In this document: in pieces, positions 42,101 to 51,905 of the stretch
How the letters are laid out: each line of letters opens with the position of its first letter
Position numbering within the stretch: the stretch's first letter is position 1
The notes under the pieces: model-generated
Databases searched by the model: none
What the model was told of the DNA's origin: nothing
Seen by the model: the letters and a program-made list of their open reading frames with translations, nothing else
Program-made: the position numbers and the translations under genes
Assembly (NCBI GenBank): GCA_024346625.1
Contig: AP024668.1
Span: forward strand, 1-64,000
DNA length: 64,000 nucleotides
Source of the DNA: Williopsis jadinii
Lineage: Eukaryota
Direction of reading: 5' to 3'

Positions 42101-42527
42101 TGGATTGTTGGCAAGTCTATACCAGGATGGGCCGGTTGAGTTACAATATCACCTGACTCATGCCATGTGCAACCAATTGAGATATCCTAATGCTCATACA
42201 CAATGGTTTATGCATGTCATTCTCCACTTCTTTAGTGCACAGACTCTTTGGAACAGCAAGAAGTCCGAAGTGCAAGAGGTTTTAACGAGAGTTATCCTAG
42301 AGAGACTATTGTGCAACCGTCCACATCCATGGGGCCTACTCGTCACGTTTACCGAGTTGTTGAAGAGCACAGAGTTGGCACTTTCCAACTCGTCATTTAT
42401 CAAATCATCGCCAGAGATCGAAGCATTGTTCCAATCTCTTATGAAGCATATGGGTGTTAGCGCTCCTCCACCAGAAGCAACTAATGGTGTAGCAGCATCC
42501 TCCCCTTCACTGCACGTTGCAGTTTAA
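36171..42527 (+). CDS. CDC39: CCR4-NOT scaffold Not1; start codon uncertain (GTG 36171 / ACG 36150 / ATG 36888)
   Basis: FPRLINFG..HD.AILAN, FFPEYPLNALAMTSVLFG, LKNLGSWLG, PNPWT, KDFATEPDE, FNERPYFR, FPGFTFAWITLISHR, NQLRYPNAHT, RPHPWGLL. Confidence 0.96.
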   Translation: MSFTPLSFNSPKEGTIPEELKDIPNNISIDKAITAQLAIFATKITKENFESTVEKIHQICAASSEEVYVKFIRRLLLTSSSLIPTNTVSNPVTEQLIKRELESLAAHPNRNVFKRVIFSFDSDLLELFTLDQLFATYQLGEFERIRLTLCLDLDQKYAEDAKNIISSALPGLLHSIKSNQVSLEKLLLILKEIHSEFFSTFDKLLFAYSFSGLSVFAESESNKEVLFKSLEELSEVLTQMPFSTILKAIGPENIIPEKFMNDILALKSANELTDAISLLASEMLCPGSQSLTGAPGELTALTPLSIPEASARGSQFGSIIRKLPFHPSWPDVFQKMSERLPNPLFTEASLSALLSAFDDQTIDAFLDYKWKLPFKVNLFVNLRKLNPQNGSFDLLRTNYLKPIVNDPSFPNLKSSVLYFFNVTKLELDCISMSSAITNIEYKKFLHSIFEEDIRSVPELVALGCVQFSPQSATIDDLFENLMVHLLDETASYYPLIVKDLTRKDLVVAVCSKLFQKNRDLNNLLVLHIVQNGYIQDVLSPLKFEESIGLAVKAVLTGWNGFSDFLRENKPAPAIVLQFLDALAQSAGVSPRVLSLKAIDALLKYVQQQNLTPEQLGTFADVQIRVFQAFPRLINFGNGHDDAILANGDNAPFPADVEEQMKLCYQRMYADQLEIKNVVDMLLKLRDSNVPRDQDVFACMIHSLLDEYRFFPEYPLNALAMTSVLFGSMILYDLLRGPAQSIALKYIKDSCSQPPDSNMFKFAVQALFAFRSRLPEFPNYCLLLSKIEALKRQQQVYQVIDDVIHNRIDNKQEELSPPQAQGQIFKSITAVPMPDVSNPPGSTSNIVIVMNSLADDNVVAKANALKAELSSNMYPWFADYLVTRRAKIESNNQHLYSDLIENIGDPVLLQQLINVTVNEVSSLLNETEETPTVRNHLKNLGSWLGKITVARNRPLKYTCIAVKQILIEAYDLSKLALIIPFVCKVLDETVHSDVFKLPNPWTLGILKVLSELYQFPDLKLNLRFEIEVLCNNMKIKIEDIEPSIIIRSHQVGDIQSNILLESAMANLKIENEREVMFQQGIQDGLQTSQVLQQRLGLANSGSSSALPLSSATGFVGTPTAVHQNLQQHQQHDVSSEINFQHVLGNTCFATNESLKQLFLAVLNKSVRDILPPAVERAVSIAVTTSRALVLKDFATEPDELKLRTSAVTLVCRLSKGLALATCRDPLKESIQSSIHTLAPQLLNIENSPLEELPQAITDNIDLACNIIENAAMEKATKDIEEVLAQSISARRLHKERRPDQPFYTQFLSRYAVSLPEPLGLRPNGVSAQQLQVYESFGKDIVNHSPAAILSQIQPQQVGESHQPLTPNPSAIGLSLQGGQQNVPLTIEQTLGHVQVLIENLIRAINESTAQSLAELSKDPTINMLLTQILSVTLKCVSRDLLILKITQIIINALLNCNGAGFSAEIFVLLLKKICTNSGVAQRDVSGWFIHVADERKFNAKILITLFQSGLLSVPEFDPTLATYINVQDERTYLLAVDIISELFKSDDTVTYLSDFICTIEKLNTIKNVESVSKFLNSLRELPMGLFAEKNIPENHRMEYMFMEWVHLNQRQPGYEDAELAFISQFIETGILSKSPELFFKSAVEISLLYFKNSDSVNDGFRLIDSFSRLINRLLFAIDDTDDARAALFKIALSVVTSLFAEDHAASKESFNERPYFRIFSTLLSEFSISNYDFESEEGEALKQTFYFTIADFLNVYQPLVFPGFTFAWITLISHRLFLPNILELKSPKAQCKFVLLLINLLRFQSSNVKDKHISEVFTVVYKGTLRIFLLLFHDHPEVLVQNHYQLCCEIPSSFTQLRNLVLSSYPANVISPYPFTQGLEVDKVVGISDSPLLSCNPGYDLKSLKKTVDGYLRIPSHQMVKTILNGLRQSVSDDCGIGYSSTSYNVKLINALVLYVGIQAVSDRVPNGPVMDPKSSHFGLLASLYQDGPVELQYHLTHAMCNQLRYPNAHTQWFMHVILHFFSAQTLWNSKKSEVQEVLTRVILERLLCNRPHPWGLLVTFTELLKSTELALSNSSFIKSSPEIEALFQSLMKHMGVSAPPPEATNGVAASSPSLHVAV

Positions 42528-42748
42528 CGACCTGCCCTTACCTCTGTATATTAGCTTTTGTATATCATTTTAATGAGTTGTATTTTGTTTTGCGTTGCTT
42601 GTAGTGCCCGACGAGTAGGCTGTGCGCACCACACCGCCAACGCCTAACATGGAAGCCAAAAACAAGGGAAAAAAAGTGATGAAGTGAAAACAAAGAACAA
42701 GGGCTTCTCCAACTTTTACCAGCCATTGGAAAATCTCACAAGTACCCA

Positions 42749-44014
42749 ATGTTTTCATTTCTAAGGAAGAGAAGAAACTCTGGTGATAGTGATATCAGTG
42801 GCATTGTGGACCAGCCTAGAGTGAAATCAAGAAAACCACCAAGTAAGTGATGAGGTTTCTTTTGTGTGTGTGGTTTCTCAGCCCCCGAATTATGTCCATC
42901 ATTGGTCTAACATAGCATTACAGATACTGCCTTTAGACAACAAAGATTGAAATCATGGCAACCCATTCTCTCACCTAGGTCAGTTCTACCGTTATTGCTG
43001 CTGACAGCGATCATATTCACGCCATTGGGAATTGCTCTTGTTTTCACCACTTTTAGTGTGCAGCAGTTAGTTGTTGAGTATGGAGACTGCAGCGAACAGG
43101 CCAGCACAACGTCGTTCAGTGATATTCCAGGCCATTACGTTTCACAGCACTTCAAGAGCTCCTCTAGTGTACGTCCCCAGTGGAAACTCGTGAACGGCAC
43201 GGAGGGTAACCAGACGTGCCAGATCCAGTTCCATGTACCAAACGACGTTCATGGCCCTGTTTACTTGTACTACAAATTGACCAATTTCTTCCAGAACCAC
43301 AGAGAGTACGTTGATTCGTTTGATCTTGACCAGATCAGAGGTGATGCTGTTAGTGCTGGCTCCCTAAGCAGCGACTGTGATCCGCTGAAAACCGATGATC
43401 AAGGAAGACCTTACTATCCATGTGGTCTCATAGCCAATTCCTATTTCAACGATACTTTCACATCACCATATTCAAGCGCCGGCGAGTTCCCAATGACTGA
43501 TAAAGGCATCTCCTGGAGCTCTGACCGTTCTTTATACGCAAACACCCACTACTCACCGGATGAGGTGTCACCGCCTCCAAACTGGGCCCAGATGTATCCG
43601 GATGGCTATACCTCGGAGAACATGCCAAACCTACACGAATGGGAGTCTCTCCAGGTGTGGATGCGCACTGCAGCGCTTCCAAACTTCATGAAACTCGCGT
43701 TAAGGAACGACACGGGCGTTCTCACCAGTGGTAACTACACAATTGACGTTGGTCTAAACTACCCGGTGTCGATATTTGGGGGAACGAAATCCATAGTGTT
43801 GACTACGAGCTCTGTCATTGGCGGGAGAAACCTATCCCTGGGTGTGGCCTACCTCGTTGTCGCAGGGCTTGCCATAGCATTCGGAGCAGTATTCTTGGTG
43901 AAGTACGTTCTACAACCTCGTAAGCTTGGTGACCACTCCTACCTAACGTTCGACCGTAACGCAGAGGAACCAGCGGAAAGATCAACAGGCCGTGCAATGC
44001 GTGAGATTCTGTAG
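42749..44014 (+). CDS. CDC50: Cdc50/Lem3-family flippase beta subunit; exons 42749-42842 and 42924-44014
   Basis: Splicing GTAAGT(42843)...GTCTAAC...CAG(42923) restores KSRKPPNTAFRQQRLKSWQPILSP; YYKLTNFFQNHR, YPCGLIANS.FNDT, VWMRTAALP. Confidence 0.93.
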
Positions 44015-44269
44015 AGAAGTGAAATGTAAGGCGAAAAATAGTAAAATGCACACATTTTTAGTGAGTTGATTGATGGTTTCCGTAGCTATGTGTTTTCACC
44101 GTTTTTGTGGTTTGTTTACCAATCGCTGGATCAACAAAAACAAAAACAAAGGAAAAAGCTGGCGGCAAAAAAAAAAAAAAAACAGAAAAAGAAAAACATC
44201 AACAAAGGCCTTCTTAGCGACAATCAGCGGCAGCCAGCTTTATAAAGAAAACAACACGGATATTCAAAT

Positions 44270-44911
44270 ATGGCCAGATTTAAGCGTATTTTGAAGGAAT
44301 TGGATGACGTCAAGAACGATAAAGAGGCGTCAATCACTTTGGACATGGCGGATAACGAGCTTAACCATTTGACTGGTACTTTTATAGGGCCACCAGATAC
44401 TCCCTATGAAGGTGGTAAGTTTGTTGTTGACATCAAGATTCCAAACGAATACCCTTTCAAGCCTCCTATCATGAAGTTCGACACCAAAGTGTACCACCCC
44501 AACATCTCGTCAGTCACGGGCGCCATCTGTTTAGACATCTTGAAGGATGCGTGGACCCCGATCCTCACGTTGAAGTCATCGTTGATCTCTCTACAGTCGT
44601 TGTTCCAGTCACCGGAGCCTAACGATCCGCAGGATGCCGAGGTTGCCAAGCACTACCTCTCAGATCGTGAGGGCTTCAACAAGACAGCGAGATATTGGAC
44701 TCAGATCTATGCCAGTGATAATGGTGAACGTGATGTCAACGATGCAGAGCTCTATGGAATCGACCAAGAGACAGTGACGAATTTCGAGACCATGGGATTC
44801 CCAAGGGAAAAGATCATCGAAGTGTTGAGACGTTTAGGATTGAAGAAGGTGGAAGCTGGTGAGCCACGTACAGAGAATAAAGTGATCGAGGAACTCTTAA
44901 AAGAGGATTAA
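44270..44911 (+). CDS. UBC1: Ubiquitin-conjugating enzyme E2 with C-terminal UBA-like tail
   Basis: [51 protein letters not shown]. Confidence 0.95.
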   Translation: MARFKRILKELDDVKNDKEASITLDMADNELNHLTGTFIGPPDTPYEGGKFVVDIKIPNEYPFKPPIMKFDTKVYHPNISSVTGAICLDILKDAWTPILTLKSSLISLQSLFQSPEPNDPQDAEVAKHYLSDREGFNKTARYWTQIYASDNGERDVNDAELYGIDQETVTNFETMGFPREKIIEVLRRLGLKKVEAGEPRTENKVIEELLKED

Positions 44912-45001
44912 CAACAACATATACAGTCATTAGAGGCTATAACGATGACTTTAATAGTATTAAAGAAAAGAGTATGTAAGAGAGAGAAAGAGCGAGGATC
45001 T

Positions 45002-46333
45002 TCATTTCTTTCTCTTGTCATTAGATGGACGTTTGTTCTTTGGCTTACCTTGTTGTCTATTGCCGTTTCCGCCGTTGTTAATTGCATTCTTGAAGCTCAT
45101 ATCCGTTGGCATTGGGGATATTTTAACCGTATGGCCCTTGACCTTAAGAGTCTTCTTCTCCAGTGCTTTGCGTTGTGATGGTTCATTCTCAAAGTTTGCA
45201 AGTGCAAATGGCCCTCTAGGTTCTACTTTAGTAGTTTTCCCAAAAGTTTCCTCCAAAGAGTTCTTCAGATCAGAGTTCTTAACATCGTTGAAACCTTCAA
45301 TCATGACTGGGTACAAGAACGTGCCTGAAGTGTGTGGCTTTGGAGTGTTTGGAGCTGTTGGCTTTAGAGCTGCTGAACTCTGAGTTGGAGATGGGGTCGA
45401 TGGAGATGGGGATTTTGGTTTGATAACTTTTGGTTTAACTTGAACTGGACCTTCCTTTGTAGAAGAGACTTGAGCAACCTGGGCCCAGCTACTTGGCTTT
45501 GGAGGTTGAGTCTCCTTCTCCTTCTCCTCTGTAGGTTTTGGCTGTTTGGCCTTTTCATCCTTGGACAGTGGTTTTGCATCGCCTTTCTTCCCCTTCACGT
45601 CTTTAGCATCTTTGGTTTCAACTTTCTCTTCGGATGGTTCGTCCGTTGTAGTAGTCTCAGCTTCCTTCTTTGTTGGCTCGTCAATGGTTTCTGGCTCAGC
45701 AGCTGGCTCAATGGCTGTCTCCACTGGTGCTTCAACAGCTGGTTCAACGGCTGCGTTGACATCGTCTTTCACATCCACTGGTTCTTCATTTTCAGGTTGT
45801 TCCTCCTCTGGAGTCTCTGGTTTACCGTTCTCCTGTACTAGTGACTGTGGAACATCGGCATCATCAACTTGAGTTTCCAATTCGTAATCTTCATCAGGAA
45901 TCAATCTGAATATATCGTTTGTGATATCGTAGACATTCTCCTTAGCCTTTCTTGCAAGGATAAAGGTTTGTTGGAAACGGTACACAGCAGCCTTGCCATT
46001 CAAGTTGATCTCACCCATAGTGGATATCAAGATTGAGCCTTCAAATGGGGTCTTTTGTTGATCAATGCTGGTGATTCTAATCTTACATTCAGCCAAGTTG
46101 CTCGAGTTGTAAAACTCTTTAATCTCACCAACGTTAGTACAGATGTGTGAATCCAAGCTCTTGTTGATGAAATTGACCCCATCTTCATCGGGGATCAAAG
46201 AATGAGTCAGATGCGCATCGCTGGTATAAAGCGAAGAAAGCTTTGATGGGTTCTCATGTAAGTTGTGGTAGTAATGTTGAGCAAATTGATAAGCAACATT
46301 GGCCAGTGCTTGAGGAGCAGAGTCAGTGGTCAT
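45002..46333 (-). CDS. BRE5: NTF2-domain + RRM protein, Ubp3 cofactor (G3BP-like)
   Basis: FAQHYY..L..NPSKL..LY, FQQTFIL, YDITNDIFR, acidic linker, SWAQVA, C-terminal RRM-like region; synteny with POP2/LYS9. First ATG at 46333. Confidence 0.88.
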   Translation of the reverse strand: MTTDSAPQALANVAYQFAQHYYHNLHENPSKLSSLYTSDAHLTHSLIPDEDGVNFINKSLDSHICTNVGEIKEFYNSSNLAECKIRITSIDQQKTPFEGSILISTMGEINLNGKAAVYRFQQTFILARKAKENVYDITNDIFRLIPDEDYELETQVDDADVPQSLVQENGKPETPEEEQPENEEPVDVKDDVNAAVEPAVEAPVETAIEPAAEPETIDEPTKKEAETTTTDEPSEEKVETKDAKDVKGKKGDAKPLSKDEKAKQPKPTEEKEKETQPPKPSSWAQVAQVSSTKEGPVQVKPKVIKPKSPSPSTPSPTQSSAALKPTAPNTPKPHTSGTFLYPVMIEGFNDVKNSDLKNSLEETFGKTTKVEPRGPFALANFENEPSQRKALEKKTLKVKGHTVKISPMPTDMSFKNAINNGGNGNRQQGKPKNKRPSNDKRKK

Positions 46334-46638
46334 CCTAGTAAGTAATTGATTGGAGCCCAGTAATTTCGAAGAATGCTCTACACTTTGACAAGTAAAGCAG
46401 AGGAAAGACACTATAATACAGAGAGGGAGAGAGAAAGAAAACAACAAGAGAAGTTTCTCGAGGGTCTCTTATTCGCCTTTTTTTTTCACTTCGGCATTTT
46501 TTTTTCTTTTTCGCCATTTGGCGCTCCTACGATATTTTGCGCAATCGTCATGAGAGCGAATTGCGCAATTTTACTTCCACCTTTAAGAACATACAAGTTT
46601 GACAAGTTGGTTTCGATATACAAATTAAATGACAGGGT

Positions 46639-47694
46639 TTACATATCAATTGGCTCATTAATCAAACCGTGTATCAATCCAGAAAACTTGTTAATGTTGC
46701 CAATACGTTTCTTCAGTTCGATTAAACAGAAATTGGTCAAAAGCGCCTGTCCTCCAGTTGATACAAAAGCGCTTGCCCTATGTATGCCCAATTCCTCTGC
46801 CAATGCCTCCAATGTGTGTTTCGGTTCCTTCTGTTCACCGTTAGCACCAACATATCTTGATAGTATCTTCAAATCGTAAAGTGCAGGGAAGTAGGTCTTG
46901 ACTTTGCTCAAGAACTCATCCTCCTTTGCAGGCATCATGTTATTCGTCAAAAGAGACACTAGGAATCCAAAATCGTAACCAGCGTGGAAGCTTGACCAAT
47001 AGACGTTTGGAAGTAACACCAGCCCAGACGAGGTCAACATCTCTGCAAATTCGAACTGATCGATACCAAACTTGTTATGCTTTGGGAAGTCGATTCCTGT
47101 CTTGGACAAGGTTTCATACGCTTCGCTTGAAATCATCTTTGAGTTCAGGTCGAACTTGAAGTTGAAAAGCCATGTGCTGTGAATGTTATCAGGTTTACTT
47201 CCATCTGGTCCACTTAAAGAGATACCAAACTGGATTAGGTTCAACAAATCTGCATTGGTTCTTAGAGTCTGGTAGTGGTAATCATCTGTAGAGGAGAAAA
47301 CACCGATTGGTCTTGCCAGTATCCCAGGGAATTCGGTACTGAATGAAACATAGTTGTACTTCTCGATGAGAAGACGAATGATTTTCAACTCAGATTCAAA
47401 GTTATCGGACCATACCTCCCTGATAGTCGTTATCTGTGGTGAGATGTGTGTACTCTGAGGAATCTGGAACTGTTGCTGTTGTTGATGATGGTGAAGTTGT
47501 TGTTGCTGTTGTTGCTGTTGTTGCTGTTGTTGTTGTTGTTGTTGCTGCTGCTGCTGTTGAAGATATTGAGCGTTTAACCCTCTAGCGGCAACCTGTGGCG
47601 AGTAGTTCATCTGTTGGAGGTGTTGCAGTTGGTTGAGCTTCTGAATTTGCGCCTGATTAAGATCATTGTGTTGCAGATGAGGAAAACTCATCAT
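46639..47694 (-). CDS. POP2: CCR4-NOT deadenylase subunit Caf1/Pop2 with N-terminal polyQ
   Basis: IREVW..N, STEFPGILARPIG, DYHYQTLRTN.DLL..IQ.G, SSGLVL, FHAGYDFG, YDLK; CAA/CAG run ~47470-47560. First ATG at 47694. Confidence 0.94.
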   Translation of the reverse strand: MMSFPHLQHNDLNQAQIQKLNQLQHLQQMNYSPQVAARGLNAQYLQQQQQQQQQQQQQQQQQQQQQLHHHQQQQQFQIPQSTHISPQITTIREVWSDNFESELKIIRLLIEKYNYVSFSTEFPGILARPIGVFSSTDDYHYQTLRTNADLLNLIQFGISLSGPDGSKPDNIHSTWLFNFKFDLNSKMISSEAYETLSKTGIDFPKHNKFGIDQFEFAEMLTSSGLVLLPNVYWSSFHAGYDFGFLVSLLTNNMMPAKEDEFLSKVKTYFPALYDLKILSRYVGANGEQKEPKHTLEALAEELGIHRASAFVSTGGQALLTNFCLIELKKRIGNINKFSGLIHGLINEPIDM

Positions 47695-48813
47695 TGGCGG
47701 GCCTACGATGACGTATCTGGAGTGCTGGTGATGATATCTTTGGACGTGAACGTCTAGCGGTGAAAATAAGTGAAAATAGCCCAAGCGGACAAAAAAAGCA
47801 CGAAAACAAAACAAAAGTTGTAGCGCCAGGGGAAAACAGGGAGCAAACTCCCCAAAGCAGAAATTACTGGATGTGGTAGTTTGAATACAGATTACGTAAT
47901 CAGGTAGCTTTATTTGTACGTGCAACACGAGCAGCGATACCAGGTTGACGAGACCAGGTCAACGTATCGAATCCACCGGCTAGAAAGGATGGTGTACACT
48001 CTCTTTTGGCCACGGAGTACCCGATGATCTGCTGTCATTGATGGGGTTGACGGCTGTTGGAGTGGGATTAAGAATATACCAGTGACAATCATAAACAAAA
48101 GCATCAGTGGCCAACATCTAACATTGACCCAGTTAAACTCCACAAGTCCATGGAAGCTACATTGGACAGGCAATGGTGATTCATTGGGCTTAAAACCTTC
48201 AAGACACTTGAACACCGTCCGAAACCTAACCGTTGTTATGGCCAGTACCAATTATCCAACACCATGACGACGAAATCGCGCATGATGTCATTATAGGCTG
48301 TGCCTTGAAAAGGGGGCAGATAGTACAAGATCCATTCTCACAAGGCAGATCTTTTCAACGGATGCTAATTGAATGAGGCACACGACACGTTAAGACGCGA
48401 GCTCCGCCCACCAATTGGGAAACGTAGGGACTGGTACGCGGCTTATTTTAAGATCTCCCACCTGGCTTTAACCGACCCCTTTTTAAAAAAGACAAAGCAC
48501 AAGAGTGCGTGTGTCTGTAGAGAGTCAGGCTGTGGGCAGGGCTGGGCCCCTTCCACTGTTGTGTCGACTGGCACCTCGAAGGCCCCCCCCCCCCATTGAA
48601 AATACAATGCCTCGGGAAGGACCTTGCTGAGCCAGATACTGCACCCGACCGGGGAGAAAAGGAAGAAAAAAGCGCACACACACAAAATTTGTACCTGGGC
48701 CAGATTGCATAAGAAAATCAGTATCATCACATATTCAAACCTGTAACAAATTGCCTTCAATGTGTTGATTAAAATGATGGTATAAAAGCATCGTACGGAG
48801 CCAGTTCTTGAAG

Positions 48814-49086
48814 CATGTGAAACTTTCGATTTACATAAAATCCCCGTGGAATTTGTAAACTCAACAAAACGCACCTTTCTCTAACTTCACCGTTCAACCA
48901 TCGCAACCTGTGTGGGCTCGTTGGCGGGCCAATTAAATTTGCATGTGATACGACATACATATTAATAACCTTGTTAACTCAATTTGCCATGGCTAACAAA
49001 GAACACAAAACCCTAATTCTGCCCCTTTTGTACGCTGTGCAATGATCCCAGCACCCGAGCCGCCGTTGGAGTCTGTGGTATATAAA
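48814..49086 (+). promoter_or_regulatory. INO1 promoter: two UAS-INO-like sites, URS1-like site, TATA
   Basis: CATGTGAAAC 48814, CATGTGATAC 48942, AGCCGCCG 49058, TATATAAA 49079. Confidence 0.65.
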
Positions 49087-49367
49087 GTGGGCCTTGCCGC
49101 CAATTTCTTTGTTTACATCTTGTACGGTCTTCTCCAACACATCAACACAACAGTGCTAACCGCCGGTTTTAAGATATTTGTATAGAGCTTTCATCTCAAA
49201 GATCCATACGAATTCTACCTGACTTTGTTCAACTCCAACTTCAAGTCAGTCAAAGTGTTTTCAAATCTTTTATCTTCAAGACACCACCCTTTCAACAACA
49301 AGCGTGCCTCTGCTACTGGATCGGGAAGTGATAATATATTCTTTTATTAATTTTACTCACGCAAACA

Positions 49368-50930
49368 ATGGTTTCAATTAAAGTTAACAACGACTCTGTC
49401 AAGTACTCTGAGGATAACTCTAAGTTATCTACTACGTACACCTACAAGAACTCCATCGTCAAGGAGTCCGAGCCTGGTGTGTTTACCGTTTCTCCTTTCA
49501 CAAAGGATTACGAATTTGACGTGAACTTGAAAGTTCCAAAGGTTGGTTTGTTGCTCGTTGGTTTGGGCGGTAACAATGGTTCCACTTTTGTCTCTGCTGT
49601 TGAGGCCAACAAGCAGAAGATTACTTTCAACACCAAAGATGGTGAAGTTAAGGCCAATTACTTTGGTTCTGTTACTCAGTCTTCCACAGTTAAGATTGGT
49701 ATCGACGAGACCGGCAGAGATGTCTATGTTCCGTTCAGCTCCATCTTGCCATTGGTTAACCCAAGTGACTTGATTGTCAGCGGTTGGGACATCAGTGGTT
49801 ATGACTTGGAGAAGGCTGCCAAGAGAGCCAAGGTTTTGGAATACGACTTGCAACAAAAGTTGGGTCCAACTTTGAAGAACTACAAGCCTTTGAAGTCCAT
49901 CTACTACCCAAGTTTCATTGCTGCTAACCAGGAGGAGAGAGCTGACAACATCTTCAACGTTGATGCCAATGGAAACATTGACCAAAAGTCCAAGTGGGCT
50001 CACGTTGAACAGATCAGATCAGACATCAAGAACTTCAAGGAGTCCAACAAGTTGGACAGTGTTATTGTCTTGTGGACTGCAAACACTGAGCGTTACTCAA
50101 AACTTTTGGATGGTGTCAATGATACCTCTGCCAACTTGTTGAAGTCCATCAAGGAAGGTCACGCTGAAGTTTCTCCATCTACCGTGTTTGCCGTTGCATC
50201 CATTTTGGAGAAGGTTCCATTCATCAACGGTTCCCCTCAAAACACGTTTGTTCCAGGTGTTGTTGAATTGGCTGAGGAATACAACTCCTTCATCGGTGGT
50301 GATGATTTCAAATCTGGTCAAACCAAGATGAAGTCTGTCTTGGCCCAATTCTTGGTTGATGCTGGTATCAAGCCTGTTTCCATTGCTTCTTACAACCATT
50401 TGGGTAACAATGATGGTTACAACTTGAGTTCCAACGAGCAATTCAGATCCAAAGAGATTTCCAAGGGATCTGTCATTGACGATATCGTTGAGTCTAACAG
50501 CATCTTGTACAACAAGGAGCTTGGTGACAAAGTTGATCACTGTATCGTTATCAAGTACATCCCTGCTGTTGGTGATTCCAAGATTGCCATGGATGAGTAC
50601 TACTCTGAGTTGATGCTTGGTGGTCACAACAGAATCTCCATTTCCAACGTTTGTGAGGATTCCTTGTTGGCCACCCCATTGATCATTGATTTGGTTGTCA
50701 TGACTGAATTCTTGTCCAGAGTTTCCTACAAGGAGGCTTCCAGCAGCGAGGAGCAGCCTTTGTACCCAATTTTGGGTTACTTGTCCTACTGGTTGAAGGC
50801 TCCTTTGACCAGAAAGGGATTCCAAACAATTAACGGTTTGAACAAACAAAAGCAAGGTTTGGAGAACTTCTTGAAGGTTTTGGTTGGTATTCCAATCTCT
50901 GACGAGTTGAGATTCGAAGAGAGATTGTAA
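49368..50930 (+). CDS. INO1: Inositol-3-phosphate synthase
   Basis: [58 protein letters not shown]. Confidence 0.98.
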   Translation: MVSIKVNNDSVKYSEDNSKLSTTYTYKNSIVKESEPGVFTVSPFTKDYEFDVNLKVPKVGLLLVGLGGNNGSTFVSAVEANKQKITFNTKDGEVKANYFGSVTQSSTVKIGIDETGRDVYVPFSSILPLVNPSDLIVSGWDISGYDLEKAAKRAKVLEYDLQQKLGPTLKNYKPLKSIYYPSFIAANQEERADNIFNVDANGNIDQKSKWAHVEQIRSDIKNFKESNKLDSVIVLWTANTERYSKLLDGVNDTSANLLKSIKEGHAEVSPSTVFAVASILEKVPFINGSPQNTFVPGVVELAEEYNSFIGGDDFKSGQTKMKSVLAQFLVDAGIKPVSIASYNHLGNNDGYNLSSNEQFRSKEISKGSVIDDIVESNSILYNKELGDKVDHCIVIKYIPAVGDSKIAMDEYYSELMLGGHNRISISNVCEDSLLATPLIIDLVVMTEFLSRVSYKEASSSEEQPLYPILGYLSYWLKAPLTRKGFQTINGLNKQKQGLENFLKVLVGIPISDELRFEERL

Positions 50931-51905
50931 TAACTTTCATCAACCTTATGAGGCCAAGTTGTTTCTTTTTGAATCTGTGCTTTTTGTTATTTGTATTGAG
51001 GTGATTTGTGCAGTGTAGTTTTTGGGACTCCTTTGGAGTCTCTTTTTTATATACAATCAACTTACCTTTAATTCGAAACAGCCTTTTCCTTTTGTTTCCT
51101 CCATTAGTGTAGCTTTTCCTGTAGTTTGCTATTGTTTTCAAGCAAAGATCAACAACGAGCTGCTTCGATAACGCGTTAAGAAAACCTGCAGCCAACTTTC
51201 GCGTCGTGCAGCATACGTTATAACCCACAGCTAAAATGTCATGATCAATTGTTGAACGGAAAAAGAGCAAATAATTTACATGTTAATTTGATTGATTGTT
51301 GTTTGTGAGACAGCTGTGCTGTGTCTATTCAGCTGTTAGCTCCCAAATGGGGTATACGCCAGTGTAAGATCGACGTCACTGTGACTGAAATGGAATTCTG
51401 CAGGCAAATCATTGTTTGGAAATGTAAGCATTACCATTGAGATTTGCCTGAAACATGTTCCGCCTGTGTTGTCAATTCGTCTAAAATCGAGGTAATATTA
51501 CTGTAATTAGATGAGACTTGGTCCTGTGTTTTCATAGGAGTGTAGTAATTCTCACAGGAGTCCTCAAAATTTGCTCACCATACATATTAACGGATCTTGA
51601 GGGTGTACATAGTTGACAATTGGTCTAACAATGAGTCAATTTATTTATCCAAAGCTGCTCCCTAGATACAAGGCTGTGATCTGTTGAGCAAATTTATAAT
51701 TGATGAAGGTATAGGCTTTGTTTGTATTTGCTAAAGGATCTTTCACACTTGCGTAGTGGAAGAATAATGTGCTTTCAATTTGCCCCTGCCGACTATGCTA
51801 ACATTGTGCCTCGTATAAGATCAACTATATAAGTAACACGATATCTACTGTTTGTACATGAGTATAATATATGTTTATAATAAGACTCTCCGTGTAAAGA
51901 CTACG

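Noticed and set aside
47695..47928. N-terminal extensions of POP2 (also BRE5 46334-46447, XlnR-like 31287-31373, wall protein 51852-51905) in the ORF track
   Set aside because: Mostly near-cognate starts running through promoter-like sequence with no family similarity, unlike the NOT1 case.
47910..48960. Short ORFs between POP2 and INO1
   Set aside because: No motifs, overlapping frames on both strands, homopolymer runs; divergent promoter region.
49425..50855. 192-aa and 252-aa minus-strand ORFs
   Set aside because: Antisense shadows of highly biased INO1.
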